A stretch of 64,000 nucleotides of DNA from Cyanophora paradoxa CCMP329 (taxonomy: Eukaryota > Plantae > Glaucophyta): the NCBI GenBank assembly GCA_004431415.1, contig QPMI01000536.1, forward strand, positions 1 through 64,000, given 5' to 3'. This document shows positions 26,037-35,522 of this stretch, one piece after another (position 1 is the first letter of the stretch; the number at the start of each line of letters is the position of its first letter). A program made the translations under genes and the position numbers. Below the pieces are notes generated by a model. The model saw nothing but the letters and a program-made list of their open reading frames with translations, had not been told where the DNA came from and ran no database searches.

Positions 26037-27407
26037 ATGGATATTACGTCGACCCTCCAGCGCCTTTCGTTGAAAGAAGCCCTAACAACCCCAGAGGAGG
26101 CCAAGGCCTTCTTTTTGGATAACTCCCTAATGCTTGGTCTTGAATCCAAGTCTAAGCCCGTTCTTGTTGTTGTGAACCCGAGCAATACTTTTGAAAATAG
26201 TGTTGGAAATCGCATTTCATTCAAACTCCCTCGCTACAATTTCTGTGGCAAACTCGAACTTGCCTTCGACCTTCCAGCTATCACTTTTGGTGATGCTGAT
26301 CTTGTTCGAAATGGGTATACTCGCCCAGTTGGTGCTTTGGTTCAGCGACTTGAAATTACCTATGGGTCATACACCTACCATATCCCTTCTGATTTCCTTG
26401 CTCATTTCCCTCTTGTCTATTATAGTGAGGATCAGCTTGCCAAAAAGAAGCGGTCAATGGGCATGCTTCACGGCATCCCCGCCCATGGAACCAACCGACT
26501 TGGTGGCTCATTCTTTGTTGAAATTCCTGTGCCTTGGCTAAACCACTACCTACCTCTTGGTGCTCTGTCTGGTGAAATGGTAGTAACTGTTTGGTTCAAG
26601 GATGTAGGGAAGGGTTATGTTGAGACTTCTTATGGTGGTCGTACTCTTCCTAAGGCTGGGGACACAGCCATTGATGGGGACAAGGACGATGGGCTTGGCG
26701 TCGCACCTGCTGAATCTGTGCTGGCACATGTTGGCCAAAACATCACCACTTTCAATCTTGGTGCGCCAAACGTTGAAATTAAAATTACTTCTCCTCGCCT
26801 TTATATGTATGCTGTTAATGTGTCTGATGAGCTTTTCGCTACTGTTATTGAGAAGGTAAAGACAACTGGCATGGCTATCCCTGCTCTGGATATTGGATTT
26901 GTGGATGTCAGTGATATGAAAGCCAAGGGTCTTGCCCAACCCAATCGAGTTAACCTCTCCCAAATATCAGGTCTCGTTTATGCTCTGCTTGTTTCAGTTC
27001 GTGATAACGCTAATGTTGACAAAGCTAATGGTTCCCACAGTGTACTTAAGACCTACTCCAACTCCAAAGATATTACTTTCACTGTGGAAATTAATGGTCA
27101 ACGTCTCTATGCCACTGAGCCCATTCCACTGCTCAAGGGTGCTGAGCTGATTGCTGATGTCTTCAAATGCTCTAACATGGATAAGGTTGCTGATCGCTAT
27201 GTTCTTTCAGGGCTGCCATTCTGTCTTGATGGTGAGAAGGCTATTCGCAATGTTGCCCAGTCTGGCTATGTTGACCTGACCAATTCTTCATCTTCATTCC
27301 TCACTCTCTACATGCCCACTGACAAGGCAATTGATGTCAATGTTCGCGCTCTCATGCACAGCTTTATCATTTTGGACAAGGATGGTCTCCGGCGAATCAA
27401 TCTATGA
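26037..27407 (+). CDS. Double jelly-roll major capsid protein
   Basis: 456 aa; GNRISFKLPR..., VGALVQRLEITYG and VEIPVPW...LPLGAL follow the NCLDV/PLV MCP N-terminal pattern; sits next to pentons and ATPase. Confidence 0.85.
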   Translation: MDITSTLQRLSLKEALTTPEEAKAFFLDNSLMLGLESKSKPVLVVVNPSNTFENSVGNRISFKLPRYNFCGKLELAFDLPAITFGDADLVRNGYTRPVGALVQRLEITYGSYTYHIPSDFLAHFPLVYYSEDQLAKKKRSMGMLHGIPAHGTNRLGGSFFVEIPVPWLNHYLPLGALSGEMVVTVWFKDVGKGYVETSYGGRTLPKAGDTAIDGDKDDGLGVAPAESVLAHVGQNITTFNLGAPNVEIKITSPRLYMYAVNVSDELFATVIEKVKTTGMAIPALDIGFVDVSDMKAKGLAQPNRVNLSQISGLVYALLVSVRDNANVDKANGSHSVLKTYSNSKDITFTVEINGQRLYATEPIPLLKGAELIADVFKCSNMDKVADRYVLSGLPFCLDGEKAIRNVAQSGYVDLTNSSSSFLTLYMPTDKAIDVNVRALMHSFIILDKDGLRRINL

Positions 27408-27543
27408 TCAGGAATGTATGTTTGTCTTACTGTTCTGCTCACAATTGGATTATTTTTTTATTATCGATTTCTACTTAATTCCCGAAGAAAATGATATAAA
27501 GAAAAAAGCAACATGTATATAAAGGCCCTTTAACTTTGTTAAA

Positions 27544-28484
27544 ATGGTACGAGCTTTGACCCTTCATGAATTCATCGAAAAGAGCAAAAGAATACATGGA
27601 GAGAAGTATGATTACTCAAAAGTAACCTACAAAAACAATTCCACTTATGTAGTTATTCAATGTAAATCTTGCTCCATGGAATTCAAACAGCTCCCTGGTG
27701 GGCATTTAGCAGGTCGAGGGTGTAGAAAATGCGCTGCTAAACTAACTGGGGCGGCACAAAAACTTTCGACTGAACAGTTTATTGAGAAATCAAGAGCTGT
27801 TCATGGTGATGTCTTTGATTATACAAAGACTGTCTATGAATCTGGACACAAAAAGTCACTGTCACTTGTAAGAAATGTGGAGCAGATTCTTGTATTTTAG
27901 CACAAAATCATCTATTTAAACAAGGGTGTAAGCAATGCTCTTTAGAAGAACGCAAGAGCAAAACTAGAAAAAGCAAAGACGATTTCATTAGAAAAGCCAT
28001 CGAAATCCACGGCGATCGATATGATTATAATGAAGTTGTTTACATTAACAACAAAACAAAAGTAGTAGTTAAATGTAAGCAGTGTAACTCCAACTTTGCT
28101 CCAGTCCCAACCGATCACTACAAAGGGACAGGTTGTCCTCGATGCCAATTCTCAAGGGGCGAAACAAGAATTGATCAATATTTAAAGAAGCTTGGGATTT
28201 CATTTGAGATTCAAAAGAAATTCGAACGCTGCCGGAATAAGTTTCCCCTCCCTTTCGATTTCTATATTCCAGACATGAATGCTTGTATTGAATACCAAGG
28301 AGAGCAGCATTATAAAAAGGTTGGACATTGGGGAACTGATGGGTACCTTCAAAAGTATCAGGAAAGGGACGCCATCAAACTTTTATTCTGTCAAATAAAC
28401 AACATACATTTGCTTGTTATTCCTTACACAGAGAAAGATATTGAACGGGCTGTAGAAACATTCCTTCAATCTCTTAAAGATTAA
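27544..28484 (+). CDS. DUF723-like Zn-ribbon repeat protein with C-terminal PD-(D/E)XK (Vsr/DUF559-like) endonuclease, frameshifted
   Basis: Three FIEK...HG..YDY..V.Y...C..C...H..G.GC..C repeats, then SKGE.RI...LPFDFYIP..NACIEYQGEQHY; split across frames. Confidence 0.8.
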
Positions 28485-28537
28485 ACCATCTCCAGTCACA
28501 CTGTATTATTTTTATCTGTTTCTTTATAGAAAGAACC

Positions 28538-29319
28538 ATGGGCGACTTGGACGAATTTGTGGCTGGTGAAATGATAAATCCCCTTTCCGCGTTTTGGCAA
28601 TTGGCAAATCTGCTACTGGTAAATCAGAGGCTGTCAAGTACTGGCTAAAGCAGCTTCATGATGCCAAAAAGATTGATGTCGTTCTTGTTATCAGTGGAAC
28701 TGCTTTTAACAACTTTTGGAACAATGTAGCAAGTGTTCAGCTTGGCAAATGGGATGCTCATTACATTGAAAAGGTTTTGGAAGATCGACAACAGAAAATA
28801 GAAAAGGGAGAGCCGATTAATCAACTCTTAGTTGTACTGGACGATCTAATTGATAATGACTTGGTCGATCTCACTCGCGATAAAATAATCAACAAATTGT
28901 ACTCTATGGGCAGACATTTGAAAATATCTATTATCTGTATCACACAAAAGCTAAGGAAAGTCTCATCGACCATTCGCGTCAACTCAGATTATGCTATGTT
29001 CCTAAGCGCTGCCAATAGAAAGGAGCTTGAAGCCATTGAGGAAGAATACAATATAATGCGGGACAAAGATGTTTTCTATAAAATGTTTGAAGAGTACGTA
29101 CATTCCTACCAGTTCCTAATTTGGTCATCTGCCGATTATTCTGTAAAATATTTCGTAGATAAAGCGGATTTGGTCAAAGATTTCCCATTTCCACGGTTCC
29201 ACAGGAAACCAAAAAAGAAAGAAGACGAGCTTAAACCACCAGAGAAAGAAGAGGGGCGCAAAGAAGTGAAAAGCCAAGTTCATAGTAATAAGTTAATGCG
29301 ATATAAACGCGGTCTATAA
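28538..29319 (+). CDS. A32-like (FtsK-HerA family) genome packaging ATPase; probable frameshift near 28580
   Basis: Walker A GKSATGKS, Walker B LLVVLDD, GRH, ITQ and IRVNSDY motifs. Confidence 0.92.
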
Positions 29320-29347
29320 AAATATCTCTCACTTTAATAAAGACACA

Positions 29348-30081
29348 ATGCCCCCCAAACGCAAAATAGGCATCCCTGCTGGGGCTGTTGGTTATTCAGG
29401 TGGTGGTAACAATGGCTCCATTAACACAGACCCGCTTAAATTCAATGGAATGAATGAGATAAAGCCCTCACAACAGCAAGAGGATCCCTTAATGCCGCCT
29501 ATGAGGAATCTTTTGATGACAAAGCCCCACAGACGTCCACCAGTGATCAGCTCAACATCTCCCCTGAAGCTTCTAAAATGAAGGCTGTAGGTGAGGGTGC
29601 CAGGCGAATTATAGGTGCTGCTGATGATAAAGGTCTTGGGCTCCAAGATCTATCACTCACTCGCAAAGGTGAGGGTCTCAGTAAAGAATCCGACAAGGTT
29701 ATCCAGTCTATGGCGGGTGAAGTCACATACAAGACTGCTCCCACCCAGAATATTCATCGAGTTCCCAAGGCTCAATGGGACGAAATGACTGCCAAGCTTA
29801 AAGATCTGGAAGCCAAATCAAGTGCCTTAGAGCAATATGTAACTGAGAAGAGAGAGAGATCCAAACTCAAGGAGATGCTAAGAAAGGAGGTGTTCAAAAT
29901 GGGGATCACTGGGATTCCAGATAAACAGTTTATTGCCAAGAAAGAGAACCAAATTGATGAGCAAGCTGTTGATGAAATGAAAACAAAGACCCAAAAGGGG
30001 ACTATTGAGCCAGGTGCTACAAAGGCTGAGGTGGACAAAGGTGTAGCCCCCACAGTGTATAAACGACGGGTTTGGCTTTGA
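29348..30081 (+). CDS. Viral hypothetical protein (two ORFs joined by one indel near 29489)
   Basis: Frame of 29578-30081 is open back to about 29490, overlapping the ORF that starts at 29348; coiled-coil-like segment. Confidence 0.6.
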
Positions 30082-30109
30082 GAAAAAATAAACGTTTTTT
30101 CTATTATAA

Positions 30110-30340
30110 ATGGATGATACCATCAGTCTGGTTGAGTTCACCGTTGATAGTCCTGTAAGTGAGAGATATATTAAGAGCGCTTTAGCAAACCAAAAAAGAT
30201 ACAGGGAAGACCCAGCATATAGAGAGGTTAAGAAACAACAAGCCTTGGCATCATATTATCGCCGAAGGGCACAAAAAGATGTTGTGAGGCCTATAGGGAG
30301 GCCAATTAAATATTATCAGACTACTGAGAGCAGCAACTGA
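30110..30340 (+). CDS. Small basic protein with AT-hook-like GRP motif
   Basis: RYREDPAYRE...RPIGRPIKY; AT-rich leader before the ATG. Confidence 0.65.
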   Translation: MDDTISLVEFTVDSPVSERYIKSALANQKRYREDPAYREVKKQQALASYYRRRAQKDVVRPIGRPIKYYQTTESSN

Positions 30341-30365
30341 GTTATTTTGTCTCGTTAATAGTAAG

Positions 30366-30791
30366 ATGTGGCAATGGCTCCAACAATTGCTGGATATGTT
30401 TCATATACATGTGACCAGCAATTATAAATGTAGCTGTTGCGATACTACTATTGACGTCAGCATTGGATCTTCCTCCCCAAGTGGATCCAGGAGGAACTCT
30501 TTGGATGTGGTGATGGGCAGGGCTGGCTCGCATGAGGGGCAAAGGGAAAGTTTGGAGCCTATTGGAGAGGTGAATGGCGCGGAATTGGTTGAGGCTGTAA
30601 ATAACGCATTGGATGAGTACCAAGGGCAGCTACATGTTCAGGTTAGGCCTTCAACACCTGAAAGGGGGAACGTTTACGCATATGGGGATCACTATAGGGA
30701 GGCTCAAGACGCTTTCAGCGACGCGGTGATCAGGGCATACCATTTAAGGGAGCAGGTTGAACACATCACTGGCCATCAGGGAGGGTATTAA
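30366..30791 (+). CDS. Viral hypothetical protein
   Basis: 141-aa ORF with AT-rich leader and a CSCC motif, packed tightly behind the previous gene. Confidence 0.55.
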   Translation: MWQWLQQLLDMFHIHVTSNYKCSCCDTTIDVSIGSSSPSGSRRNSLDVVMGRAGSHEGQRESLEPIGEVNGAELVEAVNNALDEYQGQLHVQVRPSTPERGNVYAYGDHYREAQDAFSDAVIRAYHLREQVEHITGHQGGY

Positions 30792-31002
30792 TCTCGTTTC
30801 CAAGCATGAGGAGATCGTTTGATATTTTTTGTAAAGCTGCTTTGATATGTGGAGACAGGGGGGCTATTCGATGACCAAGGTTGTACAGTTCTATAGAGAC
30901 GCGATGTATGGAGTCACTCAATTCAGGGCTTGGAGACGTCAGCGCCAGATGTGAGAGCTCAAAGGATATTTCTACAAGGCGAGTATGGATGGGAGTTGTC
31001 AT
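30766..31002 (-). CDS. Viral hypothetical helical protein
   Basis: 78-aa convergent ORF with short internal quasi-repeats (IH..S.EL..L). Confidence 0.5.
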   Translation of the reverse strand: MTTPIHTRLVEISFELSHLALTSPSPELSDSIHRVSIELYNLGHRIAPLSPHIKAALQKISNDLLMLGNEINTLPDGQ

Positions 31003-31339
31003 AATAATCTACTTTTAGGCAGCATAAAAATGCGAAAGGGGCATTTCTGCGTAGAGCTTGATGAGAGCTTCACAGGAAAAAAAAGAGCGCTCAAAACGGC
31101 CAATCTGGTGCCGAGATATTCGCGTTTGAAGTTCCTTAAGTGGCTCTAATTGAAAGTTTTAGAAACATTCTTATAGAGCTCTATAAGGAAAAAGCCGCCT
31201 ACTGCTGTACGGTAGGCGCGAGGGCTCTACCGGTAGGCGAGTAGGCAGGGCCCTACTGTTCTACCGCCGGCGGACTGTGCCTACCGGTCTGCGGTAGACA
31301 CACGGGCTCGCCTACCACTGCGGTAGGCTGGCTCATATA

Positions 31340-32000
31340 TATGTATATGATATATATGAAAAAAACCAAGTTTTGGTAAAAACTACAGCGCCGTTATCGC
31401 CATGACGCGGCGAGTCCGGAAAGCTATGTTATATATATATGTCATGTGACATTATGATATATCATATACATATATAACTATGGTATATACAAGTCGCTCA
31501 AATTTAAGTCATATAAGGTCTTATAAGAGTTGTCTTATATCTTATATGGTCTTTATAAGAATTCTTTTTCAAAATCTTATATGGTCTTATAAGATTTAAT
31601 GTGCGTACTTTAGCTGGTACGCAGGCCACTGTGCGTACCGTAGCCCAGTACGCAAGCCACTGTGCGTACCGTAGCGCAGTACGCAGGCCACTGTGCGTAC
31701 CGTAGCGCAGTACGCAGGCCACTGTGCGTACCGTGGCGCAGTACGCAGGCCACTGTGCGTACCGTAGCGCAGTACGCAAGCCACTGTGCGTACCGTAGCG
31801 CAGTACGCAGGCCACTTTGCGTACCGTGGCTCAGTCCGCGCGAACGTACATATGTATATGATATATATGAAAAAAAACACGTTTTCGCACTAACTACAGC
31901 GCCGTGATCGCCATGACGCGGCGAGTCTGGAAAGCTATGTTATATATATATGTCATGTGACATCATAATATATCATATACATATATCATTATGGTATATA
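31340..32000. repeat. Pair of about 150-bp AT-rich direct repeats (31340-31489 and 31851-32000)
   Basis: Shared TATGTATATGATATATATGAAAAAAA...ATCGCCATGACGCGGCGAGTC.GGAAAGCTATGTTATATATATATGTCATGTGAC...TATGGTATATA. Confidence 0.9.
31617..31830. repeat. Tandem array of about 7 x 31-bp units with internal palindrome
   Basis: GTACGCAGGCCACTGTGCGTACCGTAGCGCA starting at 31617, 31648, 31679, 31710, 31741, 31772 and 31803; no spacers. Confidence 0.95.
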
Positions 32001-32173
32001 TATGGTATATGCGAAACTGAAAATATTCGTAGCTCGTCACCAGATCATCGTAGGGCTATGATATTGGGGTCTATAAATATCTACTTTGTACGAGGAATCC
32101 AACGGTGATAGCGGCAAGGAGTGAATCGGCGAAATTGAAAAGAGGTTCTGGAATTTTATTTCAACCTTTCTCT

Positions 32174-32485
32174 CTATGTGGCACGTCGCTGTTCCAGCTT
32201 CTTGCGGAGACGGTCAGCAACAAGTATGGGGACATGACCCTTTTTGAATTCGCTGATCTTCTGCTGCTCACTAATAAATCCAGCACTAAGATAGCTTCTC
32301 TGTTGAGCCTTTCTTTGCCCCCTTGACATTTGGAAGAGGGATAATCCTCTTGCCCGAAGCCTCGCATCCAAAACCATGTCATCATGAATGGTTATTGGGG
32401 GCATTGACTGTCTCTTTTTCTCAATGGCTGTCTCAAGCTGAGCACTCATTTCATCATCTGGGATGGTAGTATTATTGTGGTTCAT
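32174..32485 (-). CDS. Viral hypothetical basic protein
   Basis: 103-aa ORF; CACTTAAAGAC motif upstream on the coding strand. Confidence 0.5.
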   Translation of the reverse strand: MNHNNTTIPDDEMSAQLETAIEKKRQSMPPITIHDDMVLDARLRARGLSLFQMSRGQRKAQQRSYLSAGFISEQQKISEFKKGHVPILVADRLRKKLEQRRAT

Positions 32486-32569
32486 GGCTCCTATTTGGTA
32501 TACTATACCAAGATGTCTTTAAGTGGTGTTGGGGAGGTCCTGAACAACCAAAAGGCAGGAAGGCAGGGG

Positions 32570-32710
32570 AGGTAGGGCAGGTAGGGCAGAAAAAGTGCCC
32601 TAATCGAAAAAAATTTCTCAATGGCCAATCTTCGTTTTTTAAAAACACAAACTCAACTTCTATAAATTTTTTTCGATTAGGGCACTTTTTCTGCCCTACC
32701 TGCCCTACCT
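32570..32710. repeat. Perfect 47-bp inverted repeat with 47-bp spacer
   Basis: 32570-32616 is the exact reverse complement of 32664-32710; lies 6 bp past the primase-helicase stop codon. Confidence 0.95.
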
Positions 32711-32716
32711 TCCCCC

Positions 32717-35068
32717 TTACTCATCTACATCCTCCAAAGACATCAATTTTACCCCACTGAAACCTCTAACACCAGAGGATATACCTTTCTTCTGTCCTAT
32801 ATGTTTCTCATACTTAGCACCCATTCTCTCCAGCCTATCTCTAACCTTGCTTACAGTAATGTTGAGCCTCTTGCTTCTGATAAATCTTGTAACATCATCA
32901 TTTGTGATGGTATCATCCCTGTCCCCTGTAATGATGAAGAACTCCTTCATGATCAGCAGTTCATCACCACCTTCCAACCTGTAGTTCTTGATGTCCTCCA
33001 AAACCCTTCCATATGGCTCAAATTTCTTGGGTTTGTAGGCTTGGAACAGCTCATACATATAGGCATTCATGATGTCCTCCTGTTGGCACAACATCTTGAT
33101 ATCATCCCTTGCCAACTTGAGGAATGGCAGCTGGAGGGCATCCAATGTCTCTTGTGAGGCGAATTTATTTGGATGTTTGATAACCACCATATTCTCATAA
33201 GCATCAGCAGGTGACATCTGTGTGAGATCATTACACATCATATACAACCCACTTTGAACCTTAAAATTAACCTCATCTCTGTAATTCTTTCTGGCACATA
33301 GGGTATCACCACCACTCACAAACTTCTTGATCATGTTGCCATTAATCTTGATGTTCTTGTCTTCAACATCAATTGTCATCTCTTGAGTGAATGTAAGCCT
33401 GGCAAATTCGCTATCCAGCATCCAAGACAGCTTCTTTTGCTCATCTCCATGTCCAGTTCTTGACATCAGGAAGTTTTCACTATTTACTGTCTTGACATAT
33501 CCATGCCCAAATGTAGCTTCATTTAGGCAAACACTCACACCCTTTCCACAATCTCTCTCACCAACACTCACCCCCCATAGCTTGTCACCCACTTTTCCAG
33601 CCATCATTCTGGAGATCAGCCCAAGGTACTGGGGAGCTGCTTCCTCTCCAAAAATTGGATTAAGAATCACATTATAGAGAGTGTCCAAAGCCTCAGTAGA
33701 TGGTATCTTGATGGAACCATCTTCATGGACTGGAAAATCTCTTTCTACCCTCACACAGGTCATAACCTCAGGGCAGACATCATAGGGTTTAAATTGCTTG
33801 GATGAGAAATCATAGACACCATTCCTGAAGCAAAGCTTCCCATTGGTGGATTCCCACATATCCTTGACGAAAGTAGGGGAGTCTACAAGCTTGGCAAGGG
33901 TTGCCTCAATGATGTGTTTGGCCTGAGCCACATTCCCACTGTAAGGTTCCTCCTGCCCCATTGGGCCCAACTTACATATGTTGGATGTCAGTGCCATCCT
34001 CATTAGAGTGCTTTCAACCTGCTTCTTGTTTTCAGTCCACAGGTTGTCAGTCTTGACAAAGACCCTCCCCTCACACTTCTTGACAATGTGCTTGATGTCA
34101 TCCATGAAAAGCTGTGAGGCCTCATTGTCATCTTTGGCAAATCTGGCAGGGGCACCATCCTCAACATCTTCAAGATCAGGAGGCACTTGGAATCCTGACA
34201 TCATGTGCTTGATGATGAGATCTACCTTGTAGCCTGTCTGGGCTTGAATGTAGATGGAGGCATCCTTGAGGCAGCTGATGATCTTTGGATCTTGGCGCAC
34301 CATACACCCATCAAAGACCAGCACATCAACCTGAAGGCCAATGGAGCTGAAGTACTCACACATTGCCATTAGAACTGTGTTCTCCAGAGAGCAGAGCAGC
34401 ATGTTCATGGTAGAGCCAAGAACATTAAAGTTGTTCTCCTTCTTCCTCTTGGCAATGGCATGGAATTTGACCTCCTTTGTGGCCACCAGTTGATGGATGT
34501 TCACAATCTCAGCTTTGAGATCAGTGAACCACTTGTGACCTTCCAATTGCTTGGAAATGTCTCTTCCAGCACCTCCATTGATGATGCTGAGGAGACTCTG
34601 CTTACAGGTTTCCTTGTCCTCTCCACTAATTGAGCAGATCTCATCCAGAATTTGTGCTCTATTCTGGACATAGCTGAGGAGGGTAGGACAGGCAATACCA
34701 TTTTTCTGGCAGTACTGAAGCAGCAGCACAGGGTGACAGTTCACAATGTCAATATCCTCATAGAAATCCCTTGAGATGGTGTGGCGAATTTCCCTACAAA
34801 TGCCTTGGAGACTGGGGTGCTTTTCACCCACAAAGTACCTCCCAGTGTTGTGTTTGGCCTGTTTGTAGGTACAGGTGTGGGATCCATTGGCAGATGTCTC
34901 CTTGTAGAGCTTTTTGGCCAGTGTCTTGGTCTGGGTCTTGTCAGTACAAGCCCTGAATTGAAGCTTCTCAAAATTCTCCAGCACCCACCTGAGCTTAGCT
35001 TTGTGGATGCGCTCAGTGAGAGTGAAAGTGTGGCCATTGGGGTTGGTTGAGCTGAATGAGGGAGCCAT
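32717..35068 (-). CDS. TVpol (PolA-like primase-polymerase) fused to SF3/D5-like helicase
   Basis: GRYF...SLQGICREIR, DIDIVNCHP, K..LLSIINGG and VLVFDG are PolA-like motifs; D5_N-like LCFRNGVYD; Walker A GERDCGKG; IKKFVSGGD...ARKNY and MCND. Confidence 0.9.
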   Translation of the reverse strand: MAPSFSSTNPNGHTFTLTERIHKAKLRWVLENFEKLQFRACTDKTQTKTLAKKLYKETSANGSHTCTYKQAKHNTGRYFVGEKHPSLQGICREIRHTISRDFYEDIDIVNCHPVLLLQYCQKNGIACPTLLSYVQNRAQILDEICSISGEDKETCKQSLLSIINGGAGRDISKQLEGHKWFTDLKAEIVNIHQLVATKEVKFHAIAKRKKENNFNVLGSTMNMLLCSLENTVLMAMCEYFSSIGLQVDVLVFDGCMVRQDPKIISCLKDASIYIQAQTGYKVDLIIKHMMSGFQVPPDLEDVEDGAPARFAKDDNEASQLFMDDIKHIVKKCEGRVFVKTDNLWTENKKQVESTLMRMALTSNICKLGPMGQEEPYSGNVAQAKHIIEATLAKLVDSPTFVKDMWESTNGKLCFRNGVYDFSSKQFKPYDVCPEVMTCVRVERDFPVHEDGSIKIPSTEALDTLYNVILNPIFGEEAAPQYLGLISRMMAGKVGDKLWGVSVGERDCGKGVSVCLNEATFGHGYVKTVNSENFLMSRTGHGDEQKKLSWMLDSEFARLTFTQEMTIDVEDKNIKINGNMIKKFVSGGDTLCARKNYRDEVNFKVQSGLYMMCNDLTQMSPADAYENMVVIKHPNKFASQETLDALQLPFLKLARDDIKMLCQQEDIMNAYMYELFQAYKPKKFEPYGRVLEDIKNYRLEGGDELLIMKEFFIITGDRDDTITNDDVTRFIRSKRLNITVSKVRDRLERMGAKYEKHIGQKKGISSGVRGFSGVKLMSLEDVDE

Positions 35069-35143
35069 TCTACAATAGGGGTGAGATAATTATTTCAGTG
35101 AACTATACCCTTAAGTACTTTTCGAAAAAAGGAGTAACTCAAA

Positions 35144-35151
35144 TCAATTTT
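35144..35151 (-). promoter_or_regulatory. AAAATTGA giant-virus-type early promoter motif
   Basis: Exact AAAATTGA on the minus strand about 75 bp upstream of the TVpol-helicase ATG, followed by ACTTAAG. Confidence 0.55.
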
Positions 35152-35182
35152 TCGGACCCCCCTCCCCCCTGCCCCCTCCCCC

Positions 35183-35374
35183 TCACACATAGGGATCCCG
35201 CTTTCTCGGCCGCCCCCTCCTATCCGGGGTCGCCTCCTCAAACAGATACCTAATACACAGGAGAGCCCCAGCCTTGTATGTGCTGACCCTCACGTATTTT
35301 TTGTGGAGCTCGCGAAACTCTGGATCGTTTTGGATCCTGCGCCTGATGTACCTCATTTGCTTGGTGTACGCCAT
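35183..35374 (-). CDS. Small basic AT-hook protein
   Basis: MAYTKQMRYIRRRIQNDPEFRE...RRGRPRK; resembles 30110-30340. Confidence 0.6.
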   Translation of the reverse strand: MAYTKQMRYIRRRIQNDPEFRELHKKYVRVSTYKAGALLCIRYLFEEATPDRRGRPRKRDPYV

Positions 35375-35522
35375 TGCTTGATGTGTTCCCCTTATAGTAT
35401 AGTTGAGATTTCTTTTTAAATAGGGGTCGCGGGGTTTATTCTCATTGAGCGCTGCGAATTGTCCACAATATAAACATTTAAAGATTATTTTCGTACCTAG
35501 ATATAAGTACAACCCCCCAACC

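Noticed and set aside
31617-31830. CRISPR-like array of 31-bp palindromic repeats
   Set aside because: Units are contiguous with no unique spacers and no cas genes; it is a tandem repeat.
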